Shown here piece by piece: positions 1 to 8,017 of a DNA stretch of 14,170 nt (positions are counted from its first letter, which is position 1; each line of letters opens with the position of its first letter). Source of the DNA: Fibrobacteria bacterium (GTDB lineage Bacteria > Fibrobacterota > Fibrobacteria > UBA11236); contig JBJHDK010000059.1 in the NCBI GenBank assembly GCA_050486505.1, positions 1 to 14,170 of the forward strand, read 5' to 3'. A program made the position numbers and the translations under genes. The notes beneath the pieces are model-generated. The model worked only from the letters and a program-made list of their open reading frames with translations. It searched no databases and was not told the origin of the DNA.

Positions 1-99
1 TGCCCGGTTGCGTTGCACGGCGGCGCCCACACGGCGCCCGGCGACGACGGTCATCCTCGGAGGACGCCCGTCCTCCCGGTCGCGCACATGGACGTTCAC
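1..99 (-). other. rnpA: Fragment resembling ribonuclease P protein component (RnpA), running off the window edge
   Basis: Minus-strand translation of 99..1 is VNVHVRDREDGRPPRMTVVAGRRVGAAVQRNRA, matching the RnpA signature R-x-x-h-h-h-x-x-(K/R)(K/R)-h-G-x-A-V-x-R-N-R. No convincing RnpA N-terminus or start is visible, because upstream it runs antisense into the Ig-like gene. Confidence 0.55.
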
Positions 100-1803
100 C
101 GCACGCCCCCGCACGTGGCGGCGGTGTACCCCGCCCCGGGCGAGTTGCGGGTTCCGCGCGATGCGGCCCTCGTCTTTCAGTTTTCGGAATGGATCGACCG
201 GTCCGCGGCCCGCAACATGGTGCTGGTTTCGCCGCCGCTCACGGGAGGCGTGCGCGCCGAAGTGCGGGGGGACCGCCTCGTGGCCCGCCCCGCCTCGGGG
301 ACGCTGCGGGCCAACACTCCGTATCAGGTCACGGTTCTGGGCACGGTGCGCGACCTGCGCGGCAACGCGATGGGGGAGGCCTTCAGGTTGCGCTTCAGCA
401 CCGGCGACGCCTTCGATTCCGCGTCCGCTGGCGGGCGGATCCTGCAGCCGGGGCGACGCGGCACGCTCGTCGCGGCGCTCTACCGCATGGATGACCGCCC
501 GGGGGCTTCCCCCGTTTCGGCGCGCGACACGGCCTTCAGGCCCGGCGAGGTTCCCGAACCCTGGCGCGAGCTTCCTGCGTTCCTGGCCGCGGCGGACACG
601 GCGGGTTTCTTTGCGTTCGACTCCGTGAGCCAGGGCGATTACGCCGTCTTCGCCTTCGAGGACCTCAACGGCAATTTCACCTTCGACATGGGCGTGGAAC
701 CCGCCGCGACGGGAACGTTGTCGCTTTCGATGCGCCCGCGCGGTGCCGACCGGTTTCTGCGCCTCGCGCCGCTCGACACCCTGCCGCTGCGCGCGCCGCG
801 CGCGGAGTTCCTGCCTGACACGCTGGTCGGCGACACCGCCGATCCGCGCGTGCGGGGCCTCGTTGCGCTGCATTTCGCGCGCGCGCCGCACCCCCTGCGC
901 GCCGCCGAAGCGGCGCGATACCGCATCTTGCCCGACGACGGGGACTCGATGGAAGCCCTGCCCGTCGGGGGCGCGGCGTGGAGCCCCCTGCATGAGGCCT
1001 GGGTGCTGGAGGCGCCGCCGTTGCGTCCCGGCGACCGTTATCGCGTCGAGTTCCGGCGCCCCGATTTTCCGGGACGCGCGGGCGCCGACGCGCCCGATAC
1101 GTCGGCGGTCTTCGTCGCGGGGAGTCCTCCCGACACGGTGGAATGGCGATTGTCGTTCGCGCGCCACGCGGGGGCTTCCGGGCATCTTCGCCGTGCCGAC
1201 CGTCCCCTTTCCGGCGCGCGGCACATCGTGATTACGGACCGCCCGCTTTCAGCCGAACGCGCGGGATTGCTGGAGCGCCGCGCGCGCGCGTTCGTGCATG
1301 ATACGGTTCCCATGGCGTTCGTCGCGCGGCGCAGGGATCCGGTTTCCTTCGAACTCGAACTCGCGGAGCCCTTGCGCGCGGGGGCGTCCCTGGTCCTCAG
1401 GTTCCCTCCCGAGGGCGAGGATTCGATCGCGACGACATTGCTGTCGGGGAGGGCCTTGGACTCCGCCGACGCCGGGCGACTGCGTTTTCTGCCTCCCGCT
1501 TCCCTGCGCGGGTACGTTTTTTGGTTGCGCGGCGGCGGCATGAACCCGGTCGAGCACCGGCTGGAAACCGCGGGCGACAGCGTGCGTTCGGGGCCGTTGC
1601 CCGTGGGCAATTACCGCCTGATGGCGTTCGAGGATCGTGACGGCGATGGCGTGTGGCATCCCGGTTCGCTGCGCCCGTGGATTCCGCAGGAGGTGCAGGT
1701 GTCGGCGCTCGATTCGTTGGCGGTGGTTCCGCGCGAGACGACGGATCCGACCGCACGGCTCGCGGAGGCGTGGGCCGGCACGGAGCGCCCTTCCGGGGAG
1801 TAG
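100..1803 (+). CDS. Ig-like (Big_5-type) domain-containing envelope protein, 5' end missing or disrupted
   Basis: ORF 13..1803. From ~100 it reads RTPPHVAAVYP...LVFQFSEWID...LRANTPYQVTV...VRDLRGN...FSTG (Big_5 pattern), with two YxxxAFEDx(N/D)G(N/D) motifs (FEDLNGNFTFD, FEDRDGDGVW). The usual lipoprotein signal and CA..P.GGP.D leader are absent before position 100. Confidence 0.75.
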   Translation, partial: RTPPHVAAVYPAPGELRVPRDAALVFQFSEWIDRSAARNMVLVSPPLTGGVRAEVRGDRLVARPASGTLRANTPYQVTVLGTVRDLRGNAMGEAFRLRFSTGDAFDSASAGGRILQPGRRGTLVAALYRMDDRPGASPVSARDTAFRPGEVPEPWRELPAFLAAADTAGFFAFDSVSQGDYAVFAFEDLNGNFTFDMGVEPAATGTLSLSMRPRGADRFLRLAPLDTLPLRAPRAEFLPDTLVGDTADPRVRGLVALHFARAPHPLRAAEAARYRILPDDGDSMEALPVGGAAWSPLHEAWVLEAPPLRPGDRYRVEFRRPDFPGRAGADAPDTSAVFVAGSPPDTVEWRLSFARHAGASGHLRRADRPLSGARHIVITDRPLSAERAGLLERRARAFVHDTVPMAFVARRRDPVSFELELAEPLRAGASLVLRFPPEGEDSIATTLLSGRALDSADAGRLRFLPPASLRGYVFWLRGGGMNPVEHRLETAGDSVRSGPLPVGNYRLMAFEDRDGDGVWHPGSLRPWIPQEVQVSALDSLAVVPRETTDPTARLAEAWAGTERPSGE

Positions 1804-1839
1804 GCCGCGGGGAGGCCCCCCGCATGTACTTTTCGGGCC

Positions 1840-2172
1840 ATGAAAAAGCTTCTCGTTTCCCTCTCCCTTGTGACGGCTTTCCTGTTGTTCTCCGCGTGCT
1901 CTGACGGCGATCGCGCCGGGTCGGTGCGGCTTTTGGTCCAGGAAGACGGCACGGTGTTGCTCAACGGGGAGCCGGTTGCGCTGGAGGCCCTGCCTGCGCG
2001 GGTGGAGGCGCTTGCGGCGACGGGAGACACGGTGTGGTATCATCGCGTCGGAGCCCGACTTGATCCGCATCCGAACGCGATGGAGGTGCTGATGCTGCTT
2101 GTGGAGTCGAACGTGCCGGTGCGGTTGTTCATGGACGCGGAGTTCGAGCATCCTGAGGATGGAAGGCATTGA
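1840..2172 (+). CDS. Small putative lipoprotein with ExbD/TolR periplasmic-domain-like segment
   Basis: MKK + hydrophobic stretch + lipobox FSAC. LLVQEDGTVLLNGEPVALEALPARV resembles the ExbD/TolR C-terminal domain. Confidence 0.65.
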   Translation: MKKLLVSLSLVTAFLLFSACSDGDRAGSVRLLVQEDGTVLLNGEPVALEALPARVEALAATGDTVWYHRVGARLDPHPNAMEVLMLLVESNVPVRLFMDAEFEHPEDGRH

Positions 2173-2314
2173 GTTGCGAATTAAGAATTAAGAATTAAGA
2201 ATGGAACGCAGGGGTGTTGTTTGTGCGAAACGTCTGATGGCCTATCCACTGGACATCACTGATCCCCGTCATCAAAGAATCTTCCCTTAATTCGTAATTC
2301 TTAATTCGTAATTC
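2171..2314 (+). repeat. Heptamer inverted-arm intergenic element, copy A
   Basis: Left arm GAGTTGC-(GAATTAA)3-GAATGGA at 2171-2205. Right arm TTAATTC-GTAATTC-TTAATTC-GTAATTC at 2287-2314. 2178-2199 is complementary to 2286-2307 at 21/22 nt. Core has GTTTGTGCGAA at 2219-2229. Confidence 0.9.
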
Positions 2315-2360
2315 TTCCCTCCACCCCCGTCTCCCGTCCCGTGTTCTACCTTGTCCGCCC

Positions 2361-2870
2361 ATGGAAAAGGGCCGCATCATCCTTGCCTCCACGCGCGAGC
2401 GCGAATCCCTGGAGCGCCTCGGGAAGTATCTCGAGCGCGCCGGTGTCGAGTGCCGCGTCGACCCCGTCGAGGGCGAGCACGGGCGGTTCGCCCTGACCGT
2501 TTCGGAAAAGCTGGCCCGCAAGGCCCGCCGCGCGTTGCAAGACATCGTCCCCGCGGAAGGCGCGGAGAACGGCGCCGACGAGGTCATTGAAATCCGCTGC
2601 GAGCCTGGTGAACGCGATGCCATCGCGGCCTGGCTCCAAGCCCTGCTCGAAGAACACGACGAGGACGGAACCCCCGTTTTCTTCTACCGCGAGCATTACG
2701 AGGCCCTTCTCGATTCCCTGCTCAAGCATTCCCGCGCCGAAGCAACCGTCTTCTTGCTGCGCGGCTTGCGCGCCTTTCTTCCCGAGGGGCCACGCCGCCT
2801 CATGTTGAGCCCTGCGCTGCAGGAATTTTTCCATCTCATCGACGCCGTCTCGGGCGACAGTGCGTCTTGA
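2361..2870 (+). CDS. Hypothetical protein (169 aa)
   Basis: ATG start, host-like codon usage, protein-like composition, fills the gap upstream of the DinG-like gene in the same orientation. No family recognised. Confidence 0.7.
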   Translation: MEKGRIILASTRERESLERLGKYLERAGVECRVDPVEGEHGRFALTVSEKLARKARRALQDIVPAEGAENGADEVIEIRCEPGERDAIAAWLQALLEEHDEDGTPVFFYREHYEALLDSLLKHSRAEATVFLLRGLRAFLPEGPRRLMLSPALQEFFHLIDAVSGDSAS

Positions 2871-2899
2871 CGCCGGCATCGCCTCACTTCCCACTCCCA

Positions 2900-5494
2900 A
2901 TGACCTTGCCCGATTTTGTTGCCGTGGACACCGAAACCACGGGTCTCGACCTTGAAAACGATCGCATGATCGAACTCGCCGCCGTGCGCTTCGCGGGCGG
3001 CGAGCCGGTCGCGGAGTTCACGGCCCTGCTGCCCACGGAACGAGCGCTTTCCGCCTATTCGCGTCTCATCACCGGCATCGATCCCGCCGAACTCGAGACG
3101 GCCCCCGTCGCAGCGGAGACTTTGCGTGCCTTTCTCGACTTCGTCGGCGACCTGCCGCTGGTGGCGCACAATGCGTCCTTCGACGAAAGTTTCGTGCGGC
3201 GCTCACTGGAGGCCGAGGGACTTTCCACCCCTCCCGGCCCCTGGCTCGATTCGCTGCTGATCGCGCGCATCGCCTGGCCATCGTGGGACAGCCATCGCCT
3301 CGATTCGCTCGCGGAGCGCCTGAACGTGCCCCGCGAAGGGGAGCATCGCGCCCTGCCCGATGCGCGCCGCGCGGGCCGGGTTTTCATCGCTGCGCTCAAC
3401 CACGCGCGAGCGAGCCTCTCCCAAGCCGCCTGGAAAGACCTGTGCGGGCTGGCCGAAGATCTTCCCGGCTGGAGCGCAGTCCTTGCGGGAGACGGGGGGA
3501 ACGAATCCGGTGAGCCCTTGACGGAAGGGAACGACGCGCAAGCCGCTCCCGTTTTCGGGGACGCCTGCGGGGACGCCGCGTCGCGCGCATCGGAAGCCTT
3601 GCGCGCCGAACAGTGGCTGCTGCTCGAAACGCCGGCAGGCTGCGACGATTCCATGGCCGGGTTGCGCGCCGCCCTGCAGGCGGCGGACGATGGAAAGCGC
3701 GTGCTGTTGGCGGTGCCCGACACCCACGCCTGGAACGCGCTGCGCAAATCTTCCGGAGCGCGTGCAGGGGGCGGGCGCGTTGTCGCGCTGGCGCCCCCGT
3801 CCGGTTACCTCAACCGTGCCCGCCTGCGAAGCCTCCTTGCGCGACCGTCGGCCGTGCCCGTCGAGGAACGCGGCGACCTCATGGTGCTGGTCGCCTGGGC
3901 CGACCGCAATCCTGCGGGTCCCGTGGCCGACGGTCGCGGATTTTCGCCCGAGCGCGCCAGACTTCTCTGGTTGCGCGTCTGCTGCGACACCTACGCCGAG
4001 GATGCCGCCGCGCGGGCCGCGCGCGCCGCCGCGGAATCCGCGGGCGTCATTCTCGTCACGCAGGATACCCTCTGCGCCCACATCCGCCTCGAGGGAGCCC
4101 TGCTGCCCCCCTGCGACGCGCTCTTCGTGGCCGGAGCGCACCGCCTGCCGCTTGCCGCGGGGCGTGCCGCCGGGCGCGAAATCACGTTCTTCCGCTTGCG
4201 GCAGGCGTTGCAGCTCGTGCGTTCCTCCGCCGAGCGCGAAGACGGCCTCTGGACGACCCTTGCGCGGCGGCTTCCCGACGACGAGGCGGCGGAATGGGCG
4301 CCGCGCTGGCACGAACCGGAGCGGCGCTTCCAGAAGCTCCTCCAAAAGGCGGGTCGCCACGCCGCCAAAACGCGCGCCTCCGGAGAATTCCGCGTGCGCT
4401 ACACCGAGCCCGCGGCACTCGCCTTCGGCGTCAACCCCGAACCCGTGCTCGAGGCGCTCAAGGACGCTGAAGATTTTCTTGAGCGCCTCGCCGCCCTGCC
4501 CGCGCCCGACGAAGAGGCCTTCGCCGGGCGCGAAGCCCTGCGCATCGCGGGCATGCTGCACGGTTTTCGCATCGACTTCGAAACCTTGTGCGACGCCCGC
4601 GACGCCGGGCAGGCGCACTGGTTCGAGGACGTGTCCAACCCGCACAAGGCGGCTTTCCGTTCCGCCCCCGTGGACATGGAGCCGTTCGGCGAAGCCTTGC
4701 GCGAGCATTACGGCGGGGGCGCCCTGCTGTCACCCGCACTCCTCGGGGGCGCGCAGGGAAGCCCACAGGAACGCCACGTCGCCACGCTTCTCGGGCTCGA
4801 CGCCCCGGGTCGCGACATTGAGGTGGCGCGTGCGGGATCCCCCCCCCAGGCGCGCTTCCTGCTGGCTCCCTTTGCGGCGAGCTACTCCGGTGCGGAGACT
4901 GCCGGGGCCTACGCGCGCTTCCTCATCGAGACGGCCGGGCCATTCGTCGACCAGGGCCTGCTGGTGTATTTCCCCTCGCAGACGGTGCTGCGCCACGTGC
5001 GTCATGCCCTGCGGGAACAGCTTCCCGAAGGCACGCCGCTTTGGGCCCAATTCGTCGACGGCAACCGTGAGGCGCTTCAGCGCCTCTACGCCACGGGTAC
5101 CGGGGGATGGGTGCTCGCCACCGAGGGCCTGCCGGACCTGCGTGATGCCGCAGGTGCCTCCCCGTCCCTTTTCCTGATCACGCGTATGCCGCTGCCGTCG
5201 CATCGCGACCCGCTCTTCGATGCGCGGGCGGAGGTGGTGCGCGAGCGCGGCGGGAATGCACGGTCGCTCTTGTGGCACCCCGCGGCCGTGCTGCGGCTGA
5301 AACAGGAGTGGACGGCCCTGCATCGCAAGGGGGCCGGACCGGTGGCGGCCTGGTTGCTCGATGCGCGGGCCTCGGGCGACGGCCTTGGTGCCAGGGCGGC
5401 CAAGGCGCTCGGATGCGCGGGAGAGGCTTGCGCCGATGCGGAAACGCTTCGCGCCGCGACCCATGCGGCCATCGGGGGGACGGTTCCGGGGTGA
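2900..5494 (+). CDS. DEDDh (DnaQ-like) 3'-5' exonuclease fused to a degenerate DinG-family helicase-like module
   Basis: Exo I VAVDTETTG (D at 2927), Exo II AHNASFD, Exo III HRALPDA. The C-terminal part keeps DinG-like segments (GYLNRARL, LLSPAL, LLVYFPSQ, LFLITRMPL, P.AVLRLKQ, LLDAR). ATG at 2900 is preferred over TTG at 2867. Confidence 0.85.
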   Translation: MTLPDFVAVDTETTGLDLENDRMIELAAVRFAGGEPVAEFTALLPTERALSAYSRLITGIDPAELETAPVAAETLRAFLDFVGDLPLVAHNASFDESFVRRSLEAEGLSTPPGPWLDSLLIARIAWPSWDSHRLDSLAERLNVPREGEHRALPDARRAGRVFIAALNHARASLSQAAWKDLCGLAEDLPGWSAVLAGDGGNESGEPLTEGNDAQAAPVFGDACGDAASRASEALRAEQWLLLETPAGCDDSMAGLRAALQAADDGKRVLLAVPDTHAWNALRKSSGARAGGGRVVALAPPSGYLNRARLRSLLARPSAVPVEERGDLMVLVAWADRNPAGPVADGRGFSPERARLLWLRVCCDTYAEDAAARAARAAAESAGVILVTQDTLCAHIRLEGALLPPCDALFVAGAHRLPLAAGRAAGREITFFRLRQALQLVRSSAEREDGLWTTLARRLPDDEAAEWAPRWHEPERRFQKLLQKAGRHAAKTRASGEFRVRYTEPAALAFGVNPEPVLEALKDAEDFLERLAALPAPDEEAFAGREALRIAGMLHGFRIDFETLCDARDAGQAHWFEDVSNPHKAAFRSAPVDMEPFGEALREHYGGGALLSPALLGGAQGSPQERHVATLLGLDAPGRDIEVARAGSPPQARFLLAPFAASYSGAETAGAYARFLIETAGPFVDQGLLVYFPSQTVLRHVRHALREQLPEGTPLWAQFVDGNREALQRLYATGTGGWVLATEGLPDLRDAAGASPSLFLITRMPLPSHRDPLFDARAEVVRERGGNARSLLWHPAAVLRLKQEWTALHRKGAGPVAAWLLDARASGDGLGARAAKALGCAGEACADAETLRAATHAAIGGTVPG

Positions 5495-5511
5495 ACGGCT
5501 ATTTTGGGGGT

Positions 5512-5991
5512 ATGTTCCGGATCTTTTCCGTCGTTGCCGCCGCGGCCTTTCTTGCGGGGTGCTACAGCTTTTCGGGCAGCACCCTGCCGCCGCACCTGCG
5601 CACCCTGCAGATTCATCCCGTGGAGAATCGCACGCTCGAGCCCGCCGTGCCCGATCGCATCCATCGCGGCCTGCAGGACGGGTTCCGCACCCGCAGCAAC
5701 CTGCGGCAGGTGAACCAGGATGCCGACGTCGAGCTTTACGGGACGCTGCTCCAGTATACGCACGCCCCGCAGAGCACGGCCGGCGCCGCGGTCACCACGT
5801 GGCGGGTCGACATCCTGTTCAGCGCGGTGTTCGTCGACCGCGTGCGGGGAGACACCCTGTACAAGGACGATCGCATTCCGGGCTACGCGTTCTACACGCC
5901 CGACATCGGGGAAACCGAGGAGACGGGGCGCACGCGCGCAGTCGAAAGCCTGGTCAACGTCGTGCTCGACAACACCGTGCTGGCGTGGTAA
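5512..5991 (+). CDS. lptE: LptE-family LPS-assembly lipoprotein
   Basis: ATG 5512 within ORF 5272..5991. MFRIFSVVAAAAFLAGC lipobox, then YSFSGSTLPPHLRTLQIHPVENRT...DADVELYGTL...VLDNTVLAW, the pattern of FCB-type LptE proteins. Confidence 0.8.
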   Translation: MFRIFSVVAAAAFLAGCYSFSGSTLPPHLRTLQIHPVENRTLEPAVPDRIHRGLQDGFRTRSNLRQVNQDADVELYGTLLQYTHAPQSTAGAAVTTWRVDILFSAVFVDRVRGDTLYKDDRIPGYAFYTPDIGETEETGRTRAVESLVNVVLDNTVLAW

Positions 5992-6040
5992 CCTTCCGAA
6001 CCGTTTGCGCCTTTTGTTCGTTCTTGCCGCGGGAGAGATC

Positions 6041-6880
6041 ATGAAGTTCATCAAGATGCACGGCACCGGCAACGACTATGTCTACGTCGACGCCTTCAAG
6101 GAGGCCGTCGAGGATGCGCCCGCGCTGGCGCGCGCCGTGTCGCACCGCCATTTCGGCGTAGGCGGCGACGGCCTGATCCTGATCAAGCCGCACGCAGGCG
6201 CAGACGGCGAGATGGACATGTACAATGCCGACGGGTCTTCCTCGGAGATGTGCGGCAACGGCATCCGTTGCGTTGCCAAGTATGTGCACGACACCTATGC
6301 GCGCGGCAAGGACGAGCTGAAGCTCATGACCGGCGCGGGTTGGCGCACCGCCCGCATCTGCGCGCGCGATGCCGAGGGCAACGCGACATCGGTGCAGATC
6401 GACATGGGTAAGCCGGTGTTCTCCGGGCCCGAGATTCCCACGACGTTCGACGAACCGGAAGTCTTTCGCAAGGTTATCGAAGTGGCAGGGCGCAGGCTGG
6501 AATTTTCCTCGGTGTCGATGGGGAACCCGCATTGCGTGATTTACGTCGACGACGTGAAGACCTTTCCGGTGCGCGAGGTCGGCCCTCTCATCGAGAACCA
6601 TCCGTGGTTTCCCCGGCGCGTCAACGTCGAATTCGTGCAAGTCATCTCGCGCGACGAGGTGGTCCAGCGCACGTGGGAGCGCGGTTCTGGCGAGACCTGG
6701 GCCTGCGGTACGGGGGCCTCGGCCGTCGCGGTCGTCGGCCGCCGCCTCGGTCTGACCGGCGACCGGCTCACGGTGCATCTCACGGGCGGTGATTTGTTGC
6801 TGGAATACGATGGCACCGGATCGGTGAAGATGACCGGTAATGCTGTGGAGGTATTTCGCGGGGAGTGGACACGGAGTTAA
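6041..6880 (+). CDS. dapF: Diaminopimelate epimerase
   Basis: MKFIKMHGTGND, GVGGDG, NADGS..EMCGNGIRC, SMGNPH, NVEF, ERGSGETWACGTG. SD-like GGGAGA at 6031-6036. Confidence 0.97.
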   Translation: MKFIKMHGTGNDYVYVDAFKEAVEDAPALARAVSHRHFGVGGDGLILIKPHAGADGEMDMYNADGSSSEMCGNGIRCVAKYVHDTYARGKDELKLMTGAGWRTARICARDAEGNATSVQIDMGKPVFSGPEIPTTFDEPEVFRKVIEVAGRRLEFSSVSMGNPHCVIYVDDVKTFPVREVGPLIENHPWFPRRVNVEFVQVISRDEVVQRTWERGSGETWACGTGASAVAVVGRRLGLTGDRLTVHLTGGDLLLEYDGTGSVKMTGNAVEVFRGEWTRS

Positions 6881-7031
6881 GAATTAAGAATTAAGAATTA
6901 CGAATGAAGAGGTGTTGTCTTGGTTTGACTCCCCTTTTCGGCACCTTCGCACAAACCCACATCAGGACTCAATTCGTAACTCGTAACTCGTAACTCGTAA
7001 CTCGTAATTCTCAATTCGTAATTCCTAACTT
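6874..7031 (-). repeat. Heptamer inverted-arm intergenic element, copy B (core inverted relative to A)
   Basis: Left arm GAGTTAA-(GAATTAA)2-GAATTAC-GAATGAA at 6874-6908. Right arm TCAATTC-(GTAACTC)4-GTAATTC-TCAATTC-GTAATTC-CTAACTT at 6969-7031. Core has CTTCGCACAAAC at 6945-6956 (reverse complement GTTTGTGCGAAG). Confidence 0.9.
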
Positions 7032-7038
7032 CCCCGCC

Positions 7039-7359
7039 ATGGCTCAAGCCTGGATCATTCTCTTCTTCGCCGGACTGTTCGAGGTCGCGTGGGCGGTGGG
7101 CCTCAAGTTCACCGACGGTTTCACGAAGTTGCTTCCGTCACTCTGGGTGGGCCTCTTCATCGTCGCGAGCCTTTACATGCTCGCGTTGGCGCAGCGTACG
7201 CTTCCCATCAGCATCGCCTATCCGGTGTGGATGGGGATCGGCGCGGTAGGAACCGTCCTCGTGGGCACGCTCTTTCTCAAGGAATCGCTTTCCTTGGCAG
7301 GCTGGTTCTTCGTCGCGTTGCTTATCCTGTCCCTCGCGGGATTGAAGATGTGGGGGTAG
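7039..7359 (+). CDS. sugE: Small multidrug resistance (SMR) transporter, SugE/Gdx-like
   Basis: 106 aa, four hydrophobic segments. WIILFFAGLFEVAWAVGLKFTDGFT (membrane Glu and WAxGLK), LPISIAYPVWMGIG, GLK C-terminus. Confidence 0.88.
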   Translation: MAQAWIILFFAGLFEVAWAVGLKFTDGFTKLLPSLWVGLFIVASLYMLALAQRTLPISIAYPVWMGIGAVGTVLVGTLFLKESLSLAGWFFVALLILSLAGLKMWG

Positions 7360-7362
7360 GTT

Positions 7363-7425
7363 GAGTTATGAGTTATGAGTTATGAGTTATGAGTTATGAG
7401 TTATGAGTTATGAGTTATGAGTGAA
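7363..7425 (+). repeat. Tandem heptamer array (GAGTTAT)8, an orphan left arm (copy C)
   Basis: Eight perfect GAGTTAT units at 7363-7418 followed by degenerate GAGTGAA. No complementary arm before the next gene. Confidence 0.95.
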
Positions 7426-7584
7426 GAGCGAAGAGTGCGGAAGGTTTTGCCTCGACGTTTGCCTTTGGCGGAACCGACGATTGAGGAGTGACGAGCAGCG
7501 AGTCCCGAGCGAGGGCGGCTGGTACGGAGGTACCGATCCGTTGCTTCGTGATACATTTGACGAGCGTTTCATCTGAGGAGCCCC

Positions 7585-8013
7585 ATGAACTTTCGTGCCC
7601 TGATCGCGGTTGTCGTACTGTCCACGCTCATCGTGCCCTTTTCCGTCTTCGCGGGCGGCTACACCGGGGACATCCAGGTGCGCACCCTGTTGAAAACGGA
7701 TACGACTTCATTGGGGCAAGCCATCACCTATCCGGATTTCGCGAACCCCGAGGTCACGGCCATCGAGGTTGTGATCCCACCCGGCGGTGAGACGGGCTGG
7801 CACCGGCACCCCGTGCACGGTTATGCCTATGTGCTCGAAGGGGAACTGACGCTCGTCACCGAGGCGGGCGAGACCTTTGTTTTCGGGCCGGGCCAGGCTT
7901 TTGCCGAAGTTGTGAACGTGCGTCATAACGGGGAAAATCGCGGGGAGGTTCCGGTGCGCCTGGTTGCGTTCTTCACCGGCAAGAAAGGCGAGCCGTTTAC
8001 GGTGAGGGAGTAG
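7585..8013 (+). CDS. Secreted cupin-domain protein
   Basis: Signal-peptide-like N-terminus (…FSVFA). Cupin motifs GWHRHPVHGYAYVLEGEL and EVVNVRHNGEN. SD GAGGAG at 7575-7580. Confidence 0.9.
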   Translation: MNFRALIAVVVLSTLIVPFSVFAGGYTGDIQVRTLLKTDTTSLGQAITYPDFANPEVTAIEVVIPPGGETGWHRHPVHGYAYVLEGELTLVTEAGETFVFGPGQAFAEVVNVRHNGENRGEVPVRLVAFFTGKKGEPFTVRE

Positions 8014-8017
8014 GTTT

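Noticed and set aside
1807..1823. GCGGGG-N5-CCCCGC hairpin after the Ig-like gene as an intrinsic terminator
   Set aside because: The stem is only 6 bp with no immediate U-tract, and the following T-run is better explained as the -10-like box of the next gene.
3203..5464. Long alternative ORFs (3203..4708 -, 3690..5177 +, 4730..5464 -) overlapping the DinG-like gene
   Set aside because: These are shadow ORFs typical of high-GC DNA: Arg/Pro/Ala-rich or antisense in-register, with no recognisable motifs.
5272..6040. Extended N-termini for lptE (from 5272) and dapF (from 5720) given by the ORF track
   Set aside because: The extensions overlap the upstream genes. The family N-termini begin at ATG 5512 (signal peptide) and ATG 6041 (MKFIKMHG, with SD).
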